A stretch of 64,000 nucleotides of DNA from an uncultured Actinomycetes bacterium (GTDB taxonomy: Bacteria > Actinomycetota > UBA4738 > HRBIN12), in NCBI GenBank assembly GCA_963704725.1, contig OY969934.1, forward strand, positions 1,920,001 through 1,984,000, given 5' to 3'. The notes below the pieces were generated by a model. The model did no database searches, was not told where the DNA came from, and saw nothing but the letters and a program-made list of their open reading frames with translations. Positions 29,051 through 39,734 of this stretch are shown here, one piece after another (positions within the stretch are counted from its first letter, which is position 1; the number at the start of each line of letters is the position of its first letter). A program made the position numbers and the translations under genes.

Positions 29051-30657
29051 CACGAGTGGACCCCGTTCGAGACCAGGTACCGGTAGGTCACGCCGTCCTC
29101 CTCGACGGTGTAGGCGTGGAAGCCGGCGCCCTCCTCGTGCAGGACGACGTGGCCGTAGTGGTTGGCCAGGCGCAGGAGCGCGTCGAAGCTGTCCACCTGC
29201 ACGCTCCGGTCGCTCGGGGCGAGGGCGCCCGCGTGGACCGGCACGAGGAACTGCCCGTAGCGGGTCTCGATGGCGGCCGCCTCTCCGCGGCGGGCCGAGA
29301 GCAGCCGGCGGAGGACGATGGCCAGCCACCCGAGGGCGGCGACCCCGAAGACGGCGAGCGATCCGACGCGGAGCGGGTCCATCCCGAGGTCGCGGCCGAG
29401 GATCGAGAAGGTCCGCGGCTCCTCGGTCTGGGTCTTGACGAGCCCGGCCGTGTCGGGGTGGATGGGATCGGCTGCCGCCTCACCCGTGGACGAGACGCTG
29501 GTGGGTTCGAGCTGGAGCTGCAGCGGGTCGAGGAGGAAGCGGAGCTCCGGAGCGAAGGTCTCGGCGAGCGGGCGGCCCGCCAGGGTCCCCTCGACCCGGA
29601 CGTCGGGGCGGACCGCCACCGTGTAGTGGTCGCGCTCGACGCCCGTGAGATGCTCGAGCTTCGCCGTCATGGCCAGCAGTGCCTGAAGGTCGAGCTGGCC
29701 CTCGACGTGGACGCCGGCGCCCTGGAACGCCGTCGCCGGCGCGAGCTCGATCGTCCGCGTCCAGCCGTTCACGTCGGAGAGCTCGGCCACCATCCGCACC
29801 GTCCCCGAGGCGTCCACCGTGGCCGAGCTGTCGATCGCGTAGTCGAACGCCACCTGCAGCCGGCTCGTGAGGTGGAGGTACGCGGGGTCGCCGGTCTGGA
29901 CCGCGCCGGCTCCGTAGGCGTCGTGGCCCTCGGACGCCACGAGTCCCGTGTACGAGAAGGTCCCCTGCTGGTCGTAGGTCACGTCGTGCTTGGTCGTCAC
30001 CGTCGGCGAGAGCGCGAACAGGAGGCCGCTCAGCGCGAGGGAGAGGATGGCGACGCCGGCGAAGGCCGGCACGAGCCCGGCCGGCACGATCATCCGGTGC
30101 GCCGTGGGGGCGGGGCCGGGGCCGTGGCCGTTGCCGGCCTGTAGGGCGGGGGCTTCTTCACGCGCCGCGGCGGCGCGCCGGGATCCGCGACGCATCCGGC
30201 GTCGGCCGCCGAAGACCGCGAGCCCGGCCAGGGAGACGATCGCGCCGATGCCCCACGGGGTGCGGACCGCGCCGAGGCGCATCCCGAGGTCGGGCACGTG
30301 GAACGCCATCGATCCGAAGATCTCGGATGCCGCGGGGTGGTAGTCGTCCATCCAGCTGTTGTTGTCGCCCTTCACCACGAAGCGGTCGCCGTCGAGCGCC
30401 ACGATCCGGTGCAGGACGACGTGGTGGATGTCCGGATTGCGGTAGGCGACGACGTCGCCCACGACGTACTCGGAGCTGGGGTAGACCACGGCCAGGTCGC
30501 CGCCGTGCAGGAGAGGCTCCATGCTCGTCCCCGTGGTGGTCACGTAGGACGCCCGCCCGCCGAGCTGCCGCGGAGCGAAGAAGTACCAGCTGACGATGAG
30601 GAGGGCCGCGCAGGCGCCGAGTGCGGCAGCCCGTGCGACCCTCCTCCGCGTGCTCAT
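29050..30657 (-). CDS. SipW-type (S26B) signal peptidase I with long C-terminal extension (DUF5305-like)
   Basis: GTSMEP, GD, VLHRIV and KGDNN..D Ser-His type motifs; additional TM helices and a ~350-aa extension. Confidence 0.85.
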   Translation of the reverse strand: MSTRRRVARAAALGACAALLIVSWYFFAPRQLGGRASYVTTTGTSMEPLLHGGDLAVVYPSSEYVVGDVVAYRNPDIHHVVLHRIVALDGDRFVVKGDNNSWMDDYHPAASEIFGSMAFHVPDLGMRLGAVRTPWGIGAIVSLAGLAVFGGRRRMRRGSRRAAAAREEAPALQAGNGHGPGPAPTAHRMIVPAGLVPAFAGVAILSLALSGLLFALSPTVTTKHDVTYDQQGTFSYTGLVASEGHDAYGAGAVQTGDPAYLHLTSRLQVAFDYAIDSSATVDASGTVRMVAELSDVNGWTRTIELAPATAFQGAGVHVEGQLDLQALLAMTAKLEHLTGVERDHYTVAVRPDVRVEGTLAGRPLAETFAPELRFLLDPLQLQLEPTSVSSTGEAAADPIHPDTAGLVKTQTEEPRTFSILGRDLGMDPLRVGSLAVFGVAALGWLAIVLRRLLSARRGEAAAIETRYGQFLVPVHAGALAPSDRSVQVDSFDALLRLANHYGHVVLHEEGAGFHAYTVEEDGVTYRYLVSNGVHS

Positions 30658-30685
30658 TGCGTGCCTCCCGACACCGTCGACGTAA

Positions 30686-31060
30686 CTAGTCGGCGATGAT
30701 GATCCGCAAGTTGTTGGCGCTGAGCACCGGCTCCCCGGTCACCGTGCAGACCACGGGCGCGGCCACCGGGCACGTGTACCAGGTGCCCCCGTCCACGACC
30801 TGGACCCGGATCGCCGACCCGGCGGTCACGGCCGGGGTGGCGGTGAAGGTGACCGTGTCCATCGTGCTCGGATCGGTTGCGTTCAGTCCGTAGTGCACGC
30901 CGCTGATCGCGTATCCGGAGATCACGGTCTCCCCGTCGCCGGCGTGGCTGTCCGCCGGCATCGTGTTGGCCGCGGTGAAGGCGTAGGTGCCGGCCACGAT
31001 CGCCCCGGCGAGGATGAACACCGTGGCGAAGCGCCCCATCTTCGAACCTCTGCTGCGCAT
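30686..31060 (-). CDS. Small secreted beta-rich protein with SipW-cognate signal peptide (TasA-like subunit candidate)
   Basis: Signal ends AGTYA|FTAANT (compare TasA GTWA|AF); Thr/Val-rich; two Cys; first gene of the operon. Confidence 0.75.
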   Translation of the reverse strand: MRSRGSKMGRFATVFILAGAIVAGTYAFTAANTMPADSHAGDGETVISGYAISGVHYGLNATDPSTMDTVTFTATPAVTAGSAIRVQVVDGGTWYTCPVAAPVVCTVTGEPVLSANNLRIIIAD

Positions 31061-31105
31061 CCGACCGTCCTTTCGTCCGTCCGTCCGTCTGTGCGCCTAC
31101 GTGGT

Positions 31106-31167
31106 TCATCGGCAGGTCGAGGTGCGGGCTTATCCCTATCTTTCGGTAAACCCCGCACCTCGCTTGG
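31106..31167 (-). promoter_or_regulatory. Tandem sigma28/WhiG-like promoters containing an 11-bp inverted repeat
   Basis: Minus strand: CCAAG-N15-ACCGAAAG (31167-31140) and ATAAG-N15-GCCGATGA (31133-31106). Inverted repeat CGAGGTGCGGG 31118-31128 / CCCGCACCTCG 31152-31162. Confidence 0.6.
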
Positions 31168-31366
31168 GGGTCCCCCCATCGACGAACCGGGCGGTCGGAC
31201 GTCCGGGCGACGCTGGAACGCGGTCGAACGGCGCGGTACCCTCTTTCAGGTATGTGACAGCTCATCGGGCATGGCGGCGCCGTTTCGACGCGCTTGTGCA
31301 GGGAGCCGTCCACCGTGTCCATCCTTCGCTCCATCTCCTTCTCTCATCGACCGTTCGGGGCATCAC

Positions 31367-32965
<1,599 letters not shown>

Positions 32966-33066
32966 GCACGGCGAGGCCGGCGGCTCGCCCTCCGGCGCAA
33001 GGCTTCTCGTAGAACCAAGCGGGAGCCGGGCGTATGCTCGCTCCGCCTCGGGGAAGGGGGAGCTCG

Positions 33067-34746
33067 ATGACCGAGCGCGCGGACCTCGCGTTCGTGAACG
33101 GCGCCGTCTACACGGTCGACCCACAACGGCCGTGGGCCCGGGCCGTGGCCGTTCGCCGTGGGCGGATCGAGGTCGTGGGGAGCGACGACGACGTCCGCGA
33201 CCGGATCGGCGCCGGGACCGAGATCGTGGACCTGCGGGGCCGCATGCTGCTTCCCGGGTTCCAGGACGCCCACGTCCACCCGCCGAGCGGCGGCCTCGAG
33301 ATGCTCCGCTGCGACCTCTCGGCCGCGGTAACCCTGCCCGAGTACGAACGCATCGTCGCCGAGTACGCCTCGGGGAACCCGGCCGCGCCGTGGATCCTCG
33401 GCGGGGGATGGTCGATGGGCGTGTTCCCCGGCGGCAACCCACCGAGGGAGCCCCTGGATCGCCTCGTGCCAGACCGGCCCGTCTTCCTCACGAGCCGCGA
33501 CGGGCACAGCGCGTGGGTGAACACGAGGGCGCTCGAGGCGGGCGGCATCGCCACCGGCACCCCGGATCCCGCGGACGGGATCATCGTCCGCGGGGCCGAC
33601 GGCGAGCCGTGGGGAACGCTGCACGAGGGGGCCATGCGCCTGGTCGAGGACCGCGTGCCCGAGGATTCGACCGAGGACTGGATCGCAGGGCTGCGGGTGG
33701 GACAGGCGCACCTGCACTCGCTCGGCATCACGGCGTGGCAGGACGCCATCGTGGGGATCCACACCTCGTACCGGACGTTCGAGGCCTACGTCCGCTTCGC
33801 CCGGGAAGGGTCGCTCACGGCGCGCGTCGTCGGAGCGCTGTGGTGGGATCGCTATCGCGGGTCCGAGCAGCTGGACGATCTGCTCGCGGCGCGCGAGCGG
33901 GGCCGCGTCGGCCGGTTCTCGCCGACCAGCGTGAAGATCATGCAGGACGGCATCGTGGAGAACTTCACGGCGGCGATGCTCGAGCCCTACCTCGACGGAT
34001 CGGGCGCGGCGACGCCCAACCGGGGGCGGTCGTTCGTGGACCCGGAGGCGCTCGAGCGCGACGTCACGATGCTCGACCGCGAGGGGTTCCAGGTCCACAT
34101 CCATGCCATCGGGGACCGGGGGGTTCGCGAGGCGCTGGACGCGTTCGAGACCGCCCTGGCGGCGAACGGGACCAACGACCATCGCCATCACATCGCGCAC
34201 ATCCAGGTGGTGCATCCGGACGACGTCCCGCGGTTCGCCGCCCTGGGTGTCGTGGCGAACGGCCAGCCGTTGTGGGCCCAGAACGAGGTGGAGATGCTGG
34301 AGCTGACCATCCCGTTCCTCGGCCCCGAGCGCGCCGGTTGGCAGTACCCGTTCGGGTCGCTGCTCCGCGCGGGCGCGCGGCTGGCGTTCGGCAGCGACTG
34401 GTCGGTGTCGAGCCCGAACCCGCTGGAGGAGATGCACGTCGCGGTGAACCGGACCGGGTTCGACCGGGACGGCGCGACCGCCCGGCCGGGGACGTCTCCC
34501 GAGCCGCTGATCCCGGAGGAGGCCATCGACCTGCCCGCCGCGATCCACGCGTTCACGATGGGCTCGGCCTACGTGAACCACCTGGACGACGTGACCGGCT
34601 CCATCACGCCGGGCAAGCTCGCCGACCTCGTCGTGCTCGACCGCAACGTGCTCGATCGTCCCGCCTCCGAGATCCACGCTGCCGCCGTGGAGCTCACCCT
34701 GGTGGAGGGGGAGACGGTCTTCGCCGCCGACGGCTTCCGCGACTGA
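33067..34746 (+). CDS. Amidohydrolase (YtcJ-like)
   Basis: PGFQDAHVH, HAIGD, FGSDW and GKLADLVVLD motifs. Confidence 0.9.
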   Translation: MTERADLAFVNGAVYTVDPQRPWARAVAVRRGRIEVVGSDDDVRDRIGAGTEIVDLRGRMLLPGFQDAHVHPPSGGLEMLRCDLSAAVTLPEYERIVAEYASGNPAAPWILGGGWSMGVFPGGNPPREPLDRLVPDRPVFLTSRDGHSAWVNTRALEAGGIATGTPDPADGIIVRGADGEPWGTLHEGAMRLVEDRVPEDSTEDWIAGLRVGQAHLHSLGITAWQDAIVGIHTSYRTFEAYVRFAREGSLTARVVGALWWDRYRGSEQLDDLLAARERGRVGRFSPTSVKIMQDGIVENFTAAMLEPYLDGSGAATPNRGRSFVDPEALERDVTMLDREGFQVHIHAIGDRGVREALDAFETALAANGTNDHRHHIAHIQVVHPDDVPRFAALGVVANGQPLWAQNEVEMLELTIPFLGPERAGWQYPFGSLLRAGARLAFGSDWSVSSPNPLEEMHVAVNRTGFDRDGATARPGTSPEPLIPEEAIDLPAAIHAFTMGSAYVNHLDDVTGSITPGKLADLVVLDRNVLDRPASEIHAAAVELTLVEGETVFAADGFRD

Positions 34747-34791
34747 CCCGTCGGGAGGGGTTGTCGGCTCGCACGCGCCTAGGATGGTCGC

Positions 34792-35709
34792 GTGGGAGGC
34801 GCCGGCTTCGACGTCGTGACGGGGGCCTTCGGCTACACGGGCCGCTCCATCGCCGAACGCCTGCTCCGGCAGGAGCGCCCCGTTCTGACCCTGACCGGGC
34901 ATCCCGGCCGCCCCAACCCGTTCGGCGACCGGGTGCGCGTCGCTCGCCTCGACTTCGGGGACCGAACCGCCCTGGCCGGGCACCTGCGGGGCGCCGAGAC
35001 GCTCTACAACACGTACTGGGTCCGCTTCCCTCGCGGGGAGGTCACGTTCGACCGGGCGGTGGCCAACAGCGAGGCGCTGTTCGGCGCCGCCGAGGAGGCC
35101 GGCGTCCGCCGGATCGTGCACGTCAGCATCACGAAGCCCTCGGAGGACTCGCCCTTCCCCTACTTCCGGGGCAAGGCCCGCGTGGAGCGTGCCCTGCAGA
35201 GCTCGGGCGTGCCGTCGACGATCGTCCGACCCACGGTGATCTTCGGGAAGCGGGACATCCTCATCAACAACATCGCCTACCTCCTTCGCCGGCTGCCCGT
35301 GTTCGGCGTGGCCGGCTCGGGCGCGTACCGGCTCCGCCCGGTCTCCGTCGAGGACGTCGCCGACGTCTGCGTCGCCGCGGCGCAGGGCGAGCACGACGGG
35401 GTCATCGACGCGGTCGGCCCGGAGACCTTCACGTTCGAGGGCCTCGTCCGCGAGATCGCACGGGCCGTCGGAAGCCGGGCCCGGATCGTGCACGTGCCGC
35501 CGTCGCTCGTGTTGGCGGCGGCGGCGGCCGTCGGCCGCCTCGTTCGCGACGTCGTGGTGACGCGGGACGAGCTGCAGGGCCTGATGGCGGAGCTGATCGT
35601 CACCGAAGGCCCGGCGACGGGGACCCGCCGGCTCACCGAGTGGCTGACGGAGCACGCAGACGAGGTCGGGGCCCGCTACGCGTCCGAGATGTCCCGCCAC
35701 TACCGCTAG
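34792..35709 (+). CDS. NAD(P)-dependent epimerase / atypical SDR
   Basis: VTGAFGYTG, YFRGK, VRPTVIFG. Confidence 0.85.
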   Translation: MGGAGFDVVTGAFGYTGRSIAERLLRQERPVLTLTGHPGRPNPFGDRVRVARLDFGDRTALAGHLRGAETLYNTYWVRFPRGEVTFDRAVANSEALFGAAEEAGVRRIVHVSITKPSEDSPFPYFRGKARVERALQSSGVPSTIVRPTVIFGKRDILINNIAYLLRRLPVFGVAGSGAYRLRPVSVEDVADVCVAAAQGEHDGVIDAVGPETFTFEGLVREIARAVGSRARIVHVPPSLVLAAAAAVGRLVRDVVVTRDELQGLMAELIVTEGPATGTRRLTEWLTEHADEVGARYASEMSRHYR

Positions 35710-35843
35710 GGCGACGCCTTGGCGGCCTGACTACTGGTCAGGGTCCATCCTTGCGGCCCACCGACACCGGACCGCACGATACCCGTCGCGGCCCGGCCGA
35801 CCGGCCACCGGCCGCGCTCGACGATACGAGGAGGTCCTTCCCG

Positions 35844-36995
35844 ATGGCGTTCGACATGAGCCAGGTCCAGCGTGGCGCCCGGAACCGGCGCACGCCCTAC
35901 TACGAGGCGACGCAGCGCTACGAGCCCAAGGGCTTCACGGTGTACAACCACATGTACTTCCCGATCCGCTTCGACACCTTCGAGGCCGAGTTCGACGCGC
36001 TCCTGAACGGCGTCACGCTGTGGGACGTCGCCGTCGAGCGTTGCCTGGAGATCTCGGGGCCCGACGGGTTCCGCTTCGCGCAGCTGCTCACCCCGCGCGA
36101 CCTCTCCAAGTGCGCCGTGGGGCAGGGCAAGTACGTCCTCATCTGCGATCGCGACGGCGGGATCGTCAACGACCCGGTGCTCACCCGGATGGACGAGACG
36201 ACGTTCTGGTTCGCGCTGGCGTCTTCGGACGCGCTGCTGTTCGCGCGGGGGCTGCGCAACGCCTACCCGGACCTCGACGTGACGATCCAGGAGGCGGACG
36301 TGGCGCCACTCCAGGTGCAAGGGCCGAAGTCCAAGCCGCTCATGGTCAAGCTGCTGGGGGAGGAGATCCTCGACCTCCGCTACTACCACTGGACCGAGGC
36401 AAAGATCGCCGGCGCGCCCGTCGTGATCACGCGGACCGGATGGACGTCGGAGGTGGGGTACGAGGTGTACCTCACCGACACGAGCAGGGGCGCCGAGGTC
36501 TACGAGGCGATCATGGAGGCGGGTCGGGAGTTCGGGATCCGGCCCACCGGTCCGAGCGACATCCGCCGGATCGAGGGCGGCATCTTCAACTGGGGCGCCG
36601 ACATGACGTACGAGAACAACCCCCTCGAGATGGGTCTGGAGCGCCTCGTGGACTGGGACCTCCCCGACGAGGCGAGCATCTCGCTGCGGGCGCTGCGCGA
36701 GATCCGGGAGCGGGGCGTCGACCGCCGGATCGTCGGCGTCGAGATCGACGGCGAGCCGTTCCCCGAGCTCAACAACGTGAAGTGGCCCGTCCAGGAGGCG
36801 GGGGAGCGGATCGGCACGGTCACCTCGGCCATCTTCTCGCCCCGGCTCGGCCGGAACATCGGCTTCGCCTGGCTGCCGGCCGGCCGGTCGGCCCCCGGGG
36901 CGACCGCGCGGGTCGAGACGGAGTGGGGGCTCCGGTCGGTCACCGTGGTCGAGATGCCGTTCGTCGATCCGGCCAAGCAGATCCCGGTCTCGTAG
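35844..36995 (+). CDS. GcvT/DmdA-like THF-dependent aminomethyltransferase/demethylase
   Basis: VYNHM, LWDVAVER, GGIVNDPV, QVQGPKS, TGWTSEVGYE, RRIEGG; GAGGAGG RBS. Confidence 0.88.
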   Translation: MAFDMSQVQRGARNRRTPYYEATQRYEPKGFTVYNHMYFPIRFDTFEAEFDALLNGVTLWDVAVERCLEISGPDGFRFAQLLTPRDLSKCAVGQGKYVLICDRDGGIVNDPVLTRMDETTFWFALASSDALLFARGLRNAYPDLDVTIQEADVAPLQVQGPKSKPLMVKLLGEEILDLRYYHWTEAKIAGAPVVITRTGWTSEVGYEVYLTDTSRGAEVYEAIMEAGREFGIRPTGPSDIRRIEGGIFNWGADMTYENNPLEMGLERLVDWDLPDEASISLRALREIRERGVDRRIVGVEIDGEPFPELNNVKWPVQEAGERIGTVTSAIFSPRLGRNIGFAWLPAGRSAPGATARVETEWGLRSVTVVEMPFVDPAKQIPVS

Positions 36996-37081
36996 CGGGT
37001 CCTTGCGGCTCCGGCGCGGTTTGAACGATGATTCAAACTTCGCCGGGGAGGCCCGGCTCGATCCGAGAGGAGCCGTTCCGC

Positions 37082-38263
37082 ATGGTCAACGAGCGCCAGG
37101 AGATGCTCGAGGAGAGCGCGACGATCTACTTCGGCCCGTGGTACCGGCGCTCGCCGTTCTTCGAGGCCACGCGCCGGGCCGGGTGCACCGCCTACGACGT
37201 CTACAACCACATGCTGCTGCCCGCCTACTACGACGACCCGGTCGTCGAGTACTGGGCGCTCCTGAACGACGTGACCGTGTGGGACGTGGCCGTCGAGCGC
37301 ACGGTGGAGATCTCGGGGCGGGACGCCGACCGGTTCGTGGACTCGCTCACGTGCCGAGACCTGACGAAGTGCGCCGTCAAGCAGGGCAAGTACATGCTCG
37401 TGACGGCGCCGGACGGCGGCATCGTGAACGACCCCGTCCTGCTGCACGTGGGCGAGAACCGGTGGTGGATGCAGTGCGCGGACTCCGACGCCGGCCTGTA
37501 CGCCCTCGGCGTGGCCGCGAGCTCGAACCTGGACGTCGAGGTCTCCTACCCGCACGCGTACCCGATGCAGGTACAGGGGGCGATGGCGGCCAGGACGCTC
37601 GAGAAGCTGGTGGGGGCCGCGATCTACGACCTCAAGTACTACTGGTGCGACTGGTTCGACATCGAGGACATCCCGGTCCTCATCAGCCGCACGGGCTGGA
37701 CCGCCGTCCCGGGCTTCGAGATCAACCTGCTCGACCCGGCGCGCGGCGACGACCTGTGGAACGCCGTGTTCGATGCGGGGGAGGAGTTCAACGTCCGCCC
37801 GGTCGCACCGGTCGAGGCCCGGCGGATCGAGGCCGGGATCATGAACTGGGGCTCGGACATGACGTTCGCGGACACGCCCCTGCACGTCATGGGGCTCGAT
37901 CGCCTGGTCGAGGACCAGCCCCAGGACTACATCGGCAAGGCCGCGCTCGAGGCGCTGAAGGCCACGGGCGTCGACCGCAAGCTGGTCGGCATCGAATGGT
38001 CGGGCGACGAGCTTCGGGCCGAGCTGACGTGGTTCTGGCCAGTGGTTCGGGACGGGGAGCCCATCGGCAGGGTGACGGACGCGATCTGGTCGCCGCGTCT
38101 GGAGCGGAACATCGGCTACGCCTGGGTGCCGATCGAGCTGGCCGCGCCGGGCAACACCGTCGACGTCGAGTCCGAGCACGGGCCGATCTCCGTGACCACG
38201 GCGGCCATCCCGTTCATCGACCCTCGGAAGGAGGTGCCGGCGCAGGACCTGCGTCGCGGTTGA
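37082..38263 (+). CDS. Second GcvT/DmdA-like demethylase paralog
   Basis: VYNHM, VWDVAVER, GGIVNDPV, TGW..GFE, RRIEAG. Confidence 0.88.
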   Translation: MVNERQEMLEESATIYFGPWYRRSPFFEATRRAGCTAYDVYNHMLLPAYYDDPVVEYWALLNDVTVWDVAVERTVEISGRDADRFVDSLTCRDLTKCAVKQGKYMLVTAPDGGIVNDPVLLHVGENRWWMQCADSDAGLYALGVAASSNLDVEVSYPHAYPMQVQGAMAARTLEKLVGAAIYDLKYYWCDWFDIEDIPVLISRTGWTAVPGFEINLLDPARGDDLWNAVFDAGEEFNVRPVAPVEARRIEAGIMNWGSDMTFADTPLHVMGLDRLVEDQPQDYIGKAALEALKATGVDRKLVGIEWSGDELRAELTWFWPVVRDGEPIGRVTDAIWSPRLERNIGYAWVPIELAAPGNTVDVESEHGPISVTTAAIPFIDPRKEVPAQDLRRG

Positions 38264-38287
38264 CTCGCGACGCGCCGGCGCCCCGCG

Positions 38288-38698
38288 ATGGCTCGAACGC
38301 TCGACCGCCGCCCGCCGGCCACCTCGGCGCCCCCCAGGGGGTTCCGCCGCGCCCTCCTCGTGATCGAGCGCGAGACGAAGGAGGCCGTCTGGGACTGCCG
38401 GATGTGCGGCCAGTGCATCCTGCACTCGACCGGGATGTCGTGCCCCATGCGCTGTCCGAAGAACCTGCGCAACGGACCCTGCGGCGGAGTGCTGCAGAAC
38501 GGGAACTGCGAGGTGGTCCCCGACATGAAGTGCGTGTGGGTGGCGGCTTGGGAGGGCTCGCGCAAGCTGCCCCTGTGGCGCGATCACATGGAGCACCTCG
38601 AGCGCCCCACCGACTGGCGGCTGCAGGAGACCTCGTCGTGGGAGAACCTGCTCACGCGGCGGGATCGGCACGTCCCGGCGGCCTGGGCCCGCCGATGA
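38288..38698 (+). CDS. Methylenetetrahydrofolate reductase C-terminal domain protein (MetV-like)
   Basis: CRMCGQC..CPMRCPKNLRNGPCGG..CEV..CVW Cys pattern. Confidence 0.85.
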   Translation: MARTLDRRPPATSAPPRGFRRALLVIERETKEAVWDCRMCGQCILHSTGMSCPMRCPKNLRNGPCGGVLQNGNCEVVPDMKCVWVAAWEGSRKLPLWRDHMEHLERPTDWRLQETSSWENLLTRRDRHVPAAWARR

Positions 38699-39636
38699 CC
38701 CCGGAGCCGCGCAGCGGGCTCCACCGCCTGCTCCTTGCGGGCGAGTTCGTCGTCACGGCCGAGCTCCAGGCGACCGATTCCGCGGATCCAGGCTCCGTCC
38801 GCGAGCAGGCCGAGGTCTTGCGGGGCAAGGTCGACGCCGTGAACTGCACCGACAACAGCGCCGCCCATCCCCACATCGCACCGATGGCGGCGGCGCGGCT
38901 CCTGGCGGACCTCGGGATCGAGCCGATCATGCAGCTGGTGTGCCGGGACCGGAACCGCCTCGCGCTGCAGGCGGACCTCTTGGGGGCGGCGGCGCTCGGC
39001 GTGCGCAACGTGGTGTGCATGACGGGGGACGACGTGAGCGCCGGCGACCACCCCGAGGCCAAGCCGATCTACGACATCGACGCGATCCACCTCCTGCGGA
39101 TCGCGCGCATCATGCGCGACGACGGCACGTACCTGTCCGGCCGTCCGCTCACGCAGCCGCCGAGCTTCCTGATCGGCGCCGTCGAGAACCCGTTCGCGCC
39201 GCCGCTCGACTTCCGTCCCATGCGGCTCGGCAAGAAGGTCGAGGCGGGCGCGGAGTTCGTACAGACCCAGATCTGCTTCAACCTCGAAAAGCTGAGGCTG
39301 TTCATGGCGCGGGCGGGGGACCTCGGGCTGCTGGACCACGTGTGGGTGCTGGCCGGGGTGTTCGTGCCCCGCTCGGCCCGGGCGGTCCGGTACCTCCGGG
39401 ACCAGGTGCCGGGCATCGACGTCCCCGATGCGGTCGTCGAGCGGATGGACGCCGCGCCGCTCGAGCGGCAGTGGGACGAGGGCGTCCGGATCGCGCTCGA
39501 GATCGTCGAGCAGGTGCGTGCCATCGCCGGCGTGCGGGGGATCCACGTCATGTCCATCAAGAACGAGGAGGCGATCGCCCGGGTGGTCGAGGAGGCGGGC
39601 TTGCTGCCACGCCCATCCGCGGCCCCTGTGAGCTGA
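38695..39636 (+). CDS. metF: Methylenetetrahydrofolate reductase
   Basis: VTAEL, DAVNCTDN, CRDRNRLALQ, MTGD, KKVEAGAEFVQTQ. Confidence 0.88.
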   Translation: MTPEPRSGLHRLLLAGEFVVTAELQATDSADPGSVREQAEVLRGKVDAVNCTDNSAAHPHIAPMAAARLLADLGIEPIMQLVCRDRNRLALQADLLGAAALGVRNVVCMTGDDVSAGDHPEAKPIYDIDAIHLLRIARIMRDDGTYLSGRPLTQPPSFLIGAVENPFAPPLDFRPMRLGKKVEAGAEFVQTQICFNLEKLRLFMARAGDLGLLDHVWVLAGVFVPRSARAVRYLRDQVPGIDVPDAVVERMDAAPLERQWDEGVRIALEIVEQVRAIAGVRGIHVMSIKNEEAIARVVEEAGLLPRPSAAPVS

Positions 39637-39644
39637 CCGTCCCC

Positions 39645-39670
39645 GGAACTCTCAGGGAGTTCTCAGCGTT
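39645..39670 (+). promoter_or_regulatory. SigE/SigH-type ECF promoter with MprA-like box in its spacer
   Basis: GGAAC(39645)-N17-CGTT(39667); the spacer is exactly TCTCAG-GGAGT-TCTCAG. Confidence 0.65.
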
Positions 39671-39734
39671 CCGGAAGAACGATCCCGGCCGAGGTGGCGA
39701 ACACCCCGTGGAACCGAGACACTGGAGCGAGGAC

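Noticed and set aside
34761-34785. TTGTCGG..TAGGAT resembling the PafBC (RecA-NDp) promoter motif
   Set aside because: Spacing is 12 nt rather than the expected 10, and the downstream gene is not a repair gene.
35710-35843. Glycine/SAM/THF riboswitch upstream of the GcvT-like genes
   Set aside because: No recognisable aptamer consensus seen; an Rfam scan would be needed to exclude one.
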